Both the position numbers and the translations under genes were made by a program. A DNA stretch of 59,066 bases, filler included, from Sphacelaria rigidula (Eukaryota): the NCBI GenBank assembly GCA_964200075.2. It is 4 parts of 4 records of this genome, joined end to end, with 100 filler letters (N's around TTAATTAATTAA, not from the genome) between each part and the next. Parts side by side here need not be neighbours in the genome. Positions count along the whole stretch, not along the records: positions 29,585 to 44,276 come from CAXNAA020002094.1; positions 44,377 to 59,066 come from CAXNAA020002095.1; 2 more parts are not named here. One strand, given 5' to 3'. Under the pieces are notes generated by a model, which was not told where the DNA came from, made no database searches, and saw only the letters and a program-made list of their open reading frames with translations. Within the stretch, counting starts at the first letter, position 1; each line of letters starts with the position of its first letter. Shown piece after piece: positions 38,917-49,891 of the stretch.

Positions 38917-40199
38917 TGTAGAGTACCGTCAGTTGCTCTGTGATCGCACAGGGGTGCGACCGATTTTTTAATGTTTTCGAACTTGTTTTTTTCTACACAG
39001 GGATGCGTTCTCACGACCCCTGTGCGAACACCGCGCCCCCTGTGCGAAAATCGAATTAAATCATTAGGTACTGCTGTTCCATCGCACACCCCTGTGCCAT
39101 CTCAACGACATGTGCGATATTGAGTAAATAATTTCGATGACACCAGGGTCCTTGAACGCACACGCTGTGTGATAACCCCGCCATGTGCGATACTGAGTAA
39201 ATCTTCGCCGGTGTAAAGAAACAATCTGCAACAGTACTGCCGTAGGAACAAGGTCTGAAGATGCCTAACATAGCAAGTACACACGGGCACACAGCCACAG
39301 CACGGCAGCATCAAGCACACCGCACGAGCCAAGAAAAATGCGGCGGGATTTTCAAAACCCGACAAGGCGGCGAATTGCGGGAAAAGCGGCGAAATGCGCA
39401 TGAATTTCACGGCCGCCACAAGCCACAAAGCTATTGTTGTCGGCGTTTGGTGAAAGGTCTCGGCTTTGGTGGTTTCATCCAAGGTGCATGACGAGAACTG
39501 GAGTAAAATAAATTGAAAAAGAAAACCACTCCGTACGTTCTTTGTGTCTGCACTGCCACACCGCACTGCGTAGTCCAGACAAACCCCATGACGACCAGTG
39601 AAATAAAGACAAAAATCGTGGCAACTCAGGCTGTCCGCCCCAAAGACCCATCCGCGCGCACGCGTCCTCACGCCCGAAAGGTCGCTGAGACGTATTTCAT
39701 CCTTGAGATCGCAACCCTGTCCGAAAACAATGCCCCCTGTGCGAAAAACCAATTATATCATTTCAAACCGTGTTTTTGATCGCACAGGGGTGCGTTCTCA
39801 CGACCCCTGTGCGAAATTCAAGCCCTGTGCGATCACAGAGCAACGTTCGGTAGTCCACCTCTAGTGCACATACAAATGCATGACGAGCTGCAGGTTGATC
39901 CATGGAGGTTTGGATATGAACTTCCATCATGATATAAGGTCATGAGATATTCTCTGGAGTATGACCACGACTGTTTGACAGTATGTGTGTTCAAGGAGGT
40001 GCAAGGTTACTTCCGATAACGAAGACTGTGTTTGTGAGCAACAACTGCCTTGAAGTCCCCAAGCCCTTGTGAGGGAGGAAGCCCTTGGAGCAGTCTTGTG
40101 ACCCTGTTCTTAGTCCAGGAGGGGTCTATAATGAAAGTTTAATCAGGGAACCCGCTGGTTTCTGGCAAACGCTTTTGTCAGCTGCGGACAGTCTCTGCA
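38917..40199 (+). mobile_element. 5' LTR (~356 bp once the nested MITE is removed) of a truncated LTR retrotransposon
   Basis: Starts TGTAGAG exactly where the family A host sequence breaks off, ends CTCTGCA (inverted terminal repeat), and is followed by a gag-like frame. Confidence 0.65.
38926..39850. mobile_element. pogo/Tc1-like MITE with TA TSD, nested 9 bp inside the LTR
   Basis: TA|CCGTCAGTTGCTCTGTGATCGCACAGGG ... CCCTGTGCGATCACAGAGCAACGTTCGG|TA, with internal CCCCTGTGCGA subterminal repeats. Confidence 0.85.
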
Positions 40200-40289
40200 A
40201 AAACATTTTTGTGCTGTACACAGACAGGTATGCAGTCTGTAACGCGTGGTAGCTCGTTGCAGCTCGTTGAACAGAGGGACGGCTATGTT

Positions 40290-41477
40290 GGCTGGAAGCA
40301 TTGCGTGCAGCTAAGGAAGAATGGCAGCGTGCAGGAATGAAGGTGGGAGCGATGCAGGCGATGAGGTGACGTTTAAATTTCCTGAGCTTATGCCAGGTTG
40401 ATCGCTAAAGGTACCGGAGTACGGACGGCATTTCAGCGAAGATGCATCCAGACGGTTTTTTCAAAAATATAGGGATTACAAGGAGAGCGTACAACTAAGC
40501 AATAACGGGAGGACAGTACAGGCCGCTTTATTGACGGTGACAGAACTCGTGCCCAAGCACATTCGCGCGTGTTCATCACGTACAATATTTGACGGATCGG
40601 TACTCGATGATGAACATCTGAAGGAGGCACTAGGCCGACATGCAAAATGTTGGATTGATACAGAGATCGATCCTTCAGTTGCTGCGGTGGGTGTGCGGAA
40701 GGTGTTTGCCGCTCGCAACGACTCGCAACGAGCCGACTGCCATGGGTAGAATCGAGGGACAGTGGGGTGCCCTCGAGGAGTTTTTTGCCGAAAACGCGAG
40801 CATCGAGCGCGCGTTCCGCGAGGACGAGACTTTCAAAGCAGGACCCGCTGAAATAATTACGCGGGCATTGCTCGCCGGCATGTCCCCCCCTGAATTCAAG
40901 ATAAAGTGCTCAACATGCTTCACGTGAAGGGGGGGGGGTGAAAAGAGGACCCTGGGCTCGTGTATGCACGGCTCGGGAAGCAGCAGAGGCATGGAAGACG
41001 GCAGAAGCGGCTGATAAACAGCGCCGTCACCAGCTGGAGCTGAAACCGAAGGGCGGCAGCGGGACCTCCGGGTCCAAGCGCGAACCGAATGGTGGAAAAA
41101 CGGCGACCACTGGCAGTGAGACTGCCAGTTCCGGGAAATCTCGGAAACCGGGCCCAAGCTATACAGGTTGTTTCTCTTGTGAAGAAAAGGGCCACTTTGT
41201 AAAGGATTGCTGCTCCGCAACATACTGCAGGTGGGCAGCCGAAGTCCGGCGACACGCAGCAACAACAGCAGCAGCTGTCGCAGGGCCCTGGACAGGTGCC
41301 TCGAGGAGGGTGCAAGAGTCCTGGCGCAACAAGGGCGGTATTTTCAACCGATGGAGGGGGTGCTCCCAGCAGTGGAGCGATGCTACCACCAGAACCGGTC
41401 ATTTCTACTGGTGGCGTACAGCAGACCGTATCGGTGGAAACAGGGGAAACAGTCCCGCGATGAGCATCTGAGGCGAT
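40290..41477 (+). pseudogene. gag: Frameshifted retrotransposon gag (probably Ty3/Gypsy-type) with a CCHC zinc knuckle
   Basis: Consecutive broken frames 40531-40749, 40640-40927 and 40938 onward; CFSCEEKGHFVKDC fits C-X2-C-X4-H-X4-C. Lies downstream of the LTR; no pol is present. Confidence 0.8.
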
Positions 41478-41729
41478 CTCCACGACGACATCGCCTCAGA
41501 TGTTCATCGCGGGACTGTTTCCCCTGTTTCCATCGATACGGTCTGCTGTACGCCACCAGTAGAAATGACCGGTTCTGGTGAGAGCATCGCTCCACTGCTG
41601 GGAGCACCCCCTCCATCGGTTGAAAATACCGCCCTTGTTGCGCCAGGACTCTTGCACCCTCCTCGAGGCACCTGTCCAGGGCCCTGGAACAGCTGCTGCT
41701 GCTGTTGTTGCTGCGTGTCGCCGGACTTC
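41241..41729. repeat. Near-perfect 489-bp palindrome (arms 41241-41477 and 41490-41729, 12-nt loop)
   Basis: Read directly: about 6 substitutions and one CAG indel between the arms. Confidence 0.97.
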
Positions 41730-41845
41730 TTATCGAAGGTCATAACAATCCCTTCGCCAAAAATCTCTCTCTGAAAAAACGGCCGCCGATTGGTCTCTGC
41801 GATACCACCCCCCCAACCAAGTCTCCAATATCGTGATTATAGTAG

Positions 41846-42249
41846 TGTGGAGGCCACGTATGTATGAGCGTAATGACATCCAATTACACATGTAAAGCCG
41901 GAGAAACAGTCAGAGGAACGGGGCCCGCCGGTGACACACATGAGAGGATTCCAAACGTTCAAACCTGTGAAACTGGATCTATAGCGAACCTAGGCAACGG
42001 GATCTCCGGTATAAAGAACTCAGAATATCAAAAGTCACCGCATGAATCCTGGTTGAACGGACCGGTACGCCGTACCGACCCGTTCACTCGTTCTTTTAGC
42101 CTACCCTTGACCACGGTCACATCCTTGCCCAAATGACAAGAAGGAGAATAACGCCTCGCTCTGGAGATCCTTCGGCAGCAGAGTACGATGACGTTCTTCT
42201 TCGGGACCCGTAAGTCTGCTGCCTCACCCCTGGCGAAGCTTAGTTTACA
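41846..42249. mobile_element. Solo LTR, 404 bp
   Basis: TGT...ACA termini with a GTAG TSD on both sides. Absent from the paralogous empty site at about 38760-38780. Confidence 0.85.
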
Positions 42250-44078
42250 GTAGTAATAGTAGCAATGGTCATGATCATTAAAAGAGTTATATATTTTTAG
42301 GGTAACACTGCCATAAACGCAGCTACAGCTTAGAAATGGACTGAGGCTCTCAGAGCAATATCTCATCGAGACAGACGAGTTGGACCGTGATCCGCATATC
42401 GTATTTATCGTCTGATCAAGTGGAAGGTGATTATTTCCTCAAAAGTCTGGGCCAAAAATTATCTTGGGTAAACGCCATGTAGAGTAAATTATATGCCGCG
42501 CGGAGATAGGGTCTATATTAAAGTTTGTATGAAACCCAGAACGATATATACAGCGGATGATGATTTTTGGAGTGGATATTCCCTGGAGCACGGGGAAACG
42601 ATCGATATCTATCCAGAGACATGGCGCACATGTTATTCCAAACTGAACTCAATATATCATGAGCAGGGGCACTAAATGCACTAAATCTGGATTTCGCGTC
42701 TCAGTTCTTGAGACTTGTGCTTTGAAATTTGGCATGTGAGAATCGCTAGGGTATAATAGAAAAAATTAACCAGCTTCTTTTCATCGTTTTTTTCGTGCGT
42801 TTCAAGAAAAATGGACATCGTCTTTTACCTCCATCTCATTCTTTCAGCTAATTTTATCAAATTGCGATTTAAAACTCAAGCCACTTCTGGTGCGTCAAAA
42901 AAAAAAAAGTTGGAAAGTGCCTTTTTGGCCCTTCGTTTTTCGCTCGAAAAGGGTTGGGCGGATGTCGACACCTCCGAATGACTTGCGCTGCTACTTCAGA
43001 CCGTTCCAGAGCACCCTTGCGTTTTCCGTAGGCCACAGTTTCGTTTTTGGCCGAACTTGCATTTTCAATAGCAAACGGTCAACTTATCAAAAAAATGGCA
43101 TTTTCCCCCCTATTTTTTCATCACTTGACCGTTTGTTATTAAAAACGCAAGTTTGGCCAAAAATGAAACAGTGACCTACGGAAAACTCAAAGATGCTCTG
43201 GAACGGTCTCAGCGTGTAGAGTAAGTCATCCCATGGTGTCGACATCCGCCTAGCCCTCTTTTTGGGAGAAAAACGACAGAGAAGGGCAAAAAATGCACTT
43301 GCCTACAAGTTTTGTTTTTTGACAGATAAGAAGTAGCCTTAGTGTGGAGAATCGCAAAGGAATGCTGAAGATTTTTTTTAAATGGGCCTTCATGTTTACA
43401 TCTTTTGGAGATTTAAGGGTGTTCTCATAAAAAAATGGTATTTACTAACTATACTAACACGTCCATAATTCATGAAAGAAAAAAAACATATCCCCTTTCT
43501 CTTGTTAGTCATGTCCTAGCGAGATCCCACACAAAATTTCAAAGCAAAAGTACCAAAACTGGGCCGGTAGGTAGTCTGCAAAATACTGTTCCGAATTTTG
43601 ACCGGAACAGTTTCTAAACCGCTCCGTCTCATCTCAATTTTGAGAGTTAGACTTTCAAATTTAGTACGGAGAATGAATAGGGCATAAGTAAAAAAACATA
43701 TATCCTGGGCGATCAGACTGTTCTTGTTTCTTCATCAGTCGAAGGCAATAATCAGTATCCACTTGCCAGTAAAACGTCCGTTAACTCATGAAAAAAAAAA
43801 AAACATGCACACCCTGGACAATGGATTACATTGTCAAAAATTATACTGTATACAGTATCGACTGTTATTGCAATAGACAATAGATACCATGTTGTACGCA
43901 GTACAATTTTTGACAAGGCAGTCTTCGTTCAGGGTGTGAAAACATGTCTCGTCCCGATATATTTTTTTTCTTCTGTCCTATTCATTCTCCATACCGATTT
44001 CGAAAGTCCAACTCTCAAAATTTAGGTGAGGTAGGACCTGCAACCTACAAATCCGCTTTTAGGCTGGACCGGCTCGTA
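42250..44078 (+). mobile_element. Mariner-like family A copy with a nested foldback MITE
   Basis: Contains GCAATATCTCATCGA.ACAGACGAGTTG as at 14664-14692; ends CCGCTTTTAGGCTGGACCGGCTCG|TA. Confidence 0.65.
42877..43340. mobile_element. Palindromic (foldback) MITE
   Basis: GGCGGATGTCGACACC/GGTGTCGACATCCGCC, AGACCGTTCCAGAGCA/TGCTCTGGAACGGTCT, CAAACGGTCAA/TTGACCGTTTG; centre near 43105. Confidence 0.85.
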
Positions 44079-45338
44079 CATGCTTGCATTAGTCAACGTA
44101 TTTCTCGACTGATCTTGGGGGAGGGCCCGTACTCATTTGTTGCTTGCAATGACCACGACTCCCTTTCGAGACGGAGCAACCCCCCGGGGGGGGGGGGGGG
44201 GGGGGGAAACCAAAAAAAAAAAAAGGCACACCCCAAAACCACACCAGCACAACAAAAACACAAAAACAAAAAAACANNNNNNNNNNNNNNNNNNNNNNNN
44301 NNNNNNNNNNNNNNNNNNNNTTAATTAATTAANNNNNNNNNNNNNNNNNNNNNNNNNNNNNNNNNNNNNNNNNNNNCGGCATTGTAGGGATGCGAGGTCA
44401 ATATGGTCTGATGACTATGGCATGCATGATCATGAGTACACCCCCCCCCAGGAAGTGGTTGACTAGAGGAGGCATAATCTACATGCGAACCAAAATGACA
44501 AAAGCCGAGCACACCGGGCGCCTGGCAACTCCCACGCTTGACGTCTTTCTCACCGATGTCACCCACATAAGGGGCTTCATGTGTCTGACACCAGCTATCA
44601 TGCGCTGTGTATTGCCATTTACTTCGGGGCAGATTTAGGGTTTAATCGGGGGGGGGGGGGGGGGCTTTGCAGGGTGCTATGGTGGGTTTGGGGGACAATG
44701 CAGCCCCCGGAGCGCCCTGGAGGGTCGCAGAAGGGGGACAGGGNNNNNNNNNNGATTGTTGTGGGGGGTAATGAGGGGGTGGGCGGGGGGGGGGGGGGGG
44801 GGGGGCTATCGCGGAATAATTTGTTGGTTGATGCATATTACAGCTCCCGTACGTATCCAGTTGAAGCCACAAGGTGGACAGACGTATGTACCCGAGCTAA
44901 AAAAATCCAGTACAACAATCGCTCGAGGGAATTGGAACGCCGGTGCAACAGGAAAAATAAACAGGGAGGAAAATGTGCGTGCCCCGTGTGTGTTGTCATC
45001 CCATCTCTTCTCGACGTCAGCCTACACCTTCTTTCGGTGTGTATGGGCGCATCGGCCGGGGACACACAGGAGGAAGGCCAACACAGGACTTTTTGTTGTT
45101 GTGGTTGTTGAGGAAATAAAGCACAAAAAAAAAACTTACCATGAACCCGACTATGGCGTCGTCACTGAAACTGTGATACTCAAAGGACCAAAATAACCCA
45201 TAGAACCAAGCTGACTTACGGGACAGAGTAAGTACGCAACCAGCATAATAAATGCCTATACTTTTGCAGTCTTGGGCACTAAATGGATGCAGTGCTGGTG
45301 GAACCTCGGAAAATGTGCGAATATCGCCACGCTTGCCG

Positions 45339-45650
45339 CGCCCCGGTGGTGTAGTGGTCCGGCTGTCGCCATTAGGGTGGAGAAAAGGGGGTTCGATTCC
45401 TGATGCGTTGTTTTTTTTTTCTTCGTGATGTATGATTTCCACCGTGGAAAGCGTGAGAACGTGAGCAAACAAAGTAGTCGACTGGGTTTGTGTGAAGTGA
45501 GTTGACGCGGTGCCGGAGTGCTGACCCAATCCGCGAGACCAAAATGAAAAGGCGCGTACCGGGGGAGAGATGAGTCGATCCCTTGAGACCACCAACTCAT
45601 TCCGAGGAAGGGGGGGGTTCAAAGTGTGAGGGAAAAAGAAAAAAAGAAAA
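45339..45650 (+). mobile_element. tRNA-derived SINE, family 2 (full length)
   Basis: A-box TGGTGTAGTGG, B-box GGTTCGATTCC and an A-rich tail. Further copies at 19800-20005 and about 45860-46060 (-). Confidence 0.8.
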
Positions 45651-46772
45651 CAAAACAATGTAAGCCACCTCGCCTCGACTTATGCTCTCAACCTCTGCAC
45701 TATTGCTGGTGCTGCGCCCTTGATACACAAATCTTCTTCGTCGGCGGCCAATCAATTTAATTAAAACGACGCCCAAAAACAAACAGGGTGTCGTCATTCT
45801 CCGCTGCACACGGTCTGCTGACCGTATTCATTCCCCCTCCCTCGCCCTTTATTTTTCATGATACACTTTCAAAAACACCCCCCTCCCCTGCCCTCTCCTC
45901 CCCTGCCCTCCCCTCCCCTTCCTCGGATTGACGAGTTCATGGTTCAAAGAGATCAACCCACCTTTCCCCTCGTTGCGGAACACGCCTCGCATTTTGGTAT
46001 CATCGCGAATTGGATCATGACCAACACTCCCGCACCGCGTCAATTTTCGTCGAACAAACTCAAGTAATAAACTCCCACGGTTCGGACGAATCATTGCCGG
46101 TTCGAATCACCAACTCCACGAGCTTTCAGGCGTTACTGCTCGAAAGAGAGAAAAAAGTTGACCGCTGGTCGAAAAGGTCTCCACGCAATTTTTGCGCCAT
46201 TACATTCTGTATTTGAACCTTCCAAGGGCGTGTCGGGTGGGGGTATACCCGATATTGTTGTATTGACAAAAAGGGAGATCCGACCCTTGCCCACAGCAGC
46301 AGCCAGCACAGGGCTGCCGTTCCTCTCTCTAAAGCCCACACAAGTCATGTGACTGACTGTACCCAGCTGGTGTGCGACTTTTCAAAAATAACAAAGTGTA
46401 GTGTAAACCCCATCCTATCCTACCCGACACCCCCCTAAAATCTATGGTGTTTTTCTTAGTTGAAACATATTTTGTTTTGTTCGCGGATCACCCTGCATGG
46501 GGTAACGGCCAAAAAAGGACGGTCGGTTCGAAAATGCCGGTATTTTCTCCTAGCTATTCTGGGGGGAGGGAAAACGTCTAACAAAAGAAAAAGCTATAAA
46601 AGTCGTCCTCGCCATCAATGAAACGTCATGCTAGATGGTTACCAGGCCTTAGTAAAGGCTTCCTGATCAAATTCCACGACCCTTTCCAGCGTTCCTGCCC
46701 TCTGCCGCATCGATACCCCGGTATCATCCACACTATTAATCGGCACAACGCCCACACATGGGGATAGATTTT

Positions 46773-47059
46773 TGTAGTGATATGTGATATTCGGCCAGTC
46801 AGAGGCCCTTCAGTAAGGCAGCGGCGGAATCTAGCGCCAGTGACAGGCGATCTTCGTGGTAAATTATGTAGTGGAAATACTTGTGATTCGCTCGAAGACA
46901 CGAGTCACAGCTGTAGTGTGATATGTGATATTCAACCAATCAGAGGCCCTCCAGTGCGGCAGCGGTGGAATCTAGCGCCAATGACAGGCGATCTTCGTGG
47001 TGAATTGTGTAGTGAAAATGCTTGTGATTCGCTCGCAGACTCGAGTCACACCTGTAGTG
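46773..47059. repeat. Two ~140-bp tandem units, each bounded by TGTAGTG
   Basis: Units start at 46773 and 46912, with a third TGTAGTG at 47053. Confidence 0.85.
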
Positions 47060-48699
47060 TACGCCTGGACAGATAGAACAGCAGCAGAGAAATGAAGCTG
47101 CAAGCAGACAAGCAGACGGCGAGTGGTACATTGCTGCCGCAGTGGGTCATTGCGATGCTCGTGTACCGGTATATCCCCATCTTACTGTGGCTGGTTGTGT
47201 CTTTCCCTGGCCGCGAGCGCTGGCGCCGATGCCAGCCGCAGCAGCCACCATGCTGACAGGTGCAAGTAGTACCCTGGCGGTGCAGTATATCCGCACTGTG
47301 CTATGCGCTACTCCTTTCATCGGAGCACGGAGTCTGGCCCAGCCGGTCGAGCGGTGTACATCGGCGCTGGTTGTGTGTCTTTGGCCAGCCAGGTTGGGTA
47401 TCGTAGAATTGACGGGTCCGGGTAACATGACGTTTTCGACAAACAGTTAAGTGTGTAGACCGCACTGCGTTCCGACTGAAACTACATTTTACAGAGAGAC
47501 GAACATAACCATGGAGCACCTCAAGAAATCTCAGCGGAGACCAAACCGTCTTCGCAAGGTCTTGACACACCACAGAACAGTGATAGCTACAGCACATATG
47601 AGACCGGACGTGAGTGTGTTTGTGCTGCAGTAAAGTGAAACAGAAATGTCCCATGTTCAAGTTCTTCGGCTGATTCCAAACGGGTCCTCACTGTTTGTCG
47701 GGTGCCTGTCTTGAACGCTCCGCCATAATCGCGCTTGGCGCAAATAATTGAATTAACTACAAAGTCATTCCCATGTATGGGTCCTGTGCCTATTAATCCA
47801 CAAAAAAATCCCAAATTTCAACCCGAACTTTGTCCATAAGACCGTCTCTTACGATTCAGTTTTTTCCGAGGAGGGGAGGAGGGGGGGAATACTCATGATC
47901 ATGCATGACGTAGACAAAGACCTTTGACCTCGCATCCCTACAAAAGCTGGAGCACACCGGGTGTTCGCCGGACCAGGCTCGCACTCAGTCACCAAGCGCG
48001 AAGCGCCGTGATGTCTTCGGCGAGCCGTATGAAGGGTAAGCTGCATCCTGCTAAGATTGTTCGGCCCGAAGCGTCCTGACTATCTTGCACATGGATGACG
48101 GCGTCCGATGAGCTGCTTCATATTCTGCTATCGCCACTTCGAGAGACATCCACGGCTCACACACTGCCTCATGGGTGTCTCACCATTTCAGTACCACGTA
48201 GTACGATCGGCCCCACGGGGAGAGGGGGGCGTATTTCCCACTTTTGACATATTTGACCCCGTGCTTGGCCCCCAAACAGGGAATATCGCCGTCACATGCC
48301 TTGGACACTTTGCATTACGCCACCGAGAGAAGTCTGTTGTAGCCCACTTCTCCGAATTCGCTCGGCTTCGAGGTTCCGAGAATGTCCGCTGAACAAAACT
48401 CCAACTGAACATAAAAAATGCGGTGTGTGCAGGTTTCTTGCATGATTAGAAAAAAAATCGAACACATTGCATTTTCTTTTTCTCAGCTGTATTTTTGTTC
48501 AGAGGTCATTCTCCAAAGCTTGGATCCAAGTGCATCAGAAAAGCATGCTGGACTTCTCTCCATGCGGTGATGCAAAGTGTCCATCCAGACGTGTGATGGC
48601 GATATCGCCTGTTTGAGGTTCTAAAACCGTGCTAAATGTCCCAATAGTGTGGGAAATTTCCCCATCCCCACCCACCCCCGAGCTAGATCATCTTGTACG

Positions 48700-49333
48700 G
48701 GGTGGGAGGACATCAATTCCGCGCGAAGGGGATGATCATACTACGTCGTGTTTCAATGGTGAGACACTCGTGACGGTGTGTGCAACGCGTAGCTGTCTCT
48801 GGAAGTGGCGGTACCACAAAATGAAGCAACTCATTAGAGGCTGCCATCCAAAAGCAAGAAACTCAGTACAGTTTGGGTCGAACAATCTTGGTAGGATGCA
48901 ACTCACCAAGGGCAGGTCGGGCAGAGTATGTACTCTTGAACACTGAGGTGGTGAAGTACCTGGATATTAACTCTTCCCAAATTTGGGGCAGATTGGGTAC
49001 AACCTCAAATACTCTCCCAAATTTGGGTGAAGCACTCTCAGCAATACCTGGGTATAGAGTAGCACTTGGGTATGACCTCAGCACTCTCCCCAGACGTTCG
49101 GGTACTAGGAGAATGACTTTTCAAAATACCGAGTATTGGGTGTACCCTGCCCGACCTGCCCTTGCAGCTCACCATTCATGCGACTCGCCGAACACATCGC
49201 GGCGCTTTGCGCTTGGTGATTGATTGTGAGCCTGGTCCGGCGAAAACTCGGCGTGCTCCGTCCCGGCTTCGTAGGGATACGAGGTCAATGGCCTCATGAT
49301 TACGGCGTGCGAGATCATGAATACACCTCCCCC
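48700..49333 (+). repeat. Dispersed ~370-bp repeat ending GATCATGAGTACA(C)n, here split by a hAT MITE
   Basis: Copies at 130-230 (-), 19580-19692, 36325-36690 (-), 44377-44450 and 47880-48220 (-). Confidence 0.75.
48907..49164. mobile_element. hAT-like MITE
   Basis: CAAGGGCAGGTCGGGCAG / CTGCCCGACCTGCCCTTG TIRs; 8-bp TSD CAACTCAC/CAGCTCAC. Confidence 0.85.
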
Positions 49334-49633
49334 GCGCTCGCTTCCAAAACCAACTTCAAACGATCGATGTATGGCTCGTTCTTTTTCCAACGGCCATGTG
49401 CAAGTTTTCATATTTTTCAACAAACTAACTGTAGCATCGTGAGCACCTCTGTTGGAGAGGTACAGTCTGCACCCCATAAAAAATACTTCACTGGTGGCAC
49501 AGAGGACATACTATACTTTAGAAATCACCATCAACAACCGTTTTTTCATGACAGCGATGATTGCCCGAGGGTCACCTGACTGAAAACACCCTCCCTAGAA
49601 TGCATCAGCAAGCAGCATACATCCACACACATG

Positions 49634-49891
49634 CAAGGGTCGGACAAATAATGATTCATCTGAAAATTACTTGATTTTAGAATAGCTGATTCGACTCGTA
49701 CGTATCGATCCCTCGGCTTTGTTTTCAGCGTGGCAACCCAGGTACACGCAGCCCAGACACGTGGAATGGCGCAAGAGTTGCGTGGATACTCCTTGGACCA
49801 GCGGTCAACGTTTTTTCTCCCTTTTGGGCAGTCAGGCCGGAGAAATCGTGGATTTGGTGATTTGTAGTCGTGATGATTCGTCCTAACCGTG
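49634..49891. mobile_element. hAT-like MITE, same family as 15783-16043
   Basis: TIRs CAAGGGTCGGACAAAT / ATTCGTCCTAACCGTG; 8-bp TSD CACACATG/CACACGTG. Confidence 0.8.

Noticed and set aside
41207..41774. Near-identical ORFs on opposite strands
   Set aside because: A consequence of the palindrome, not separate genes.
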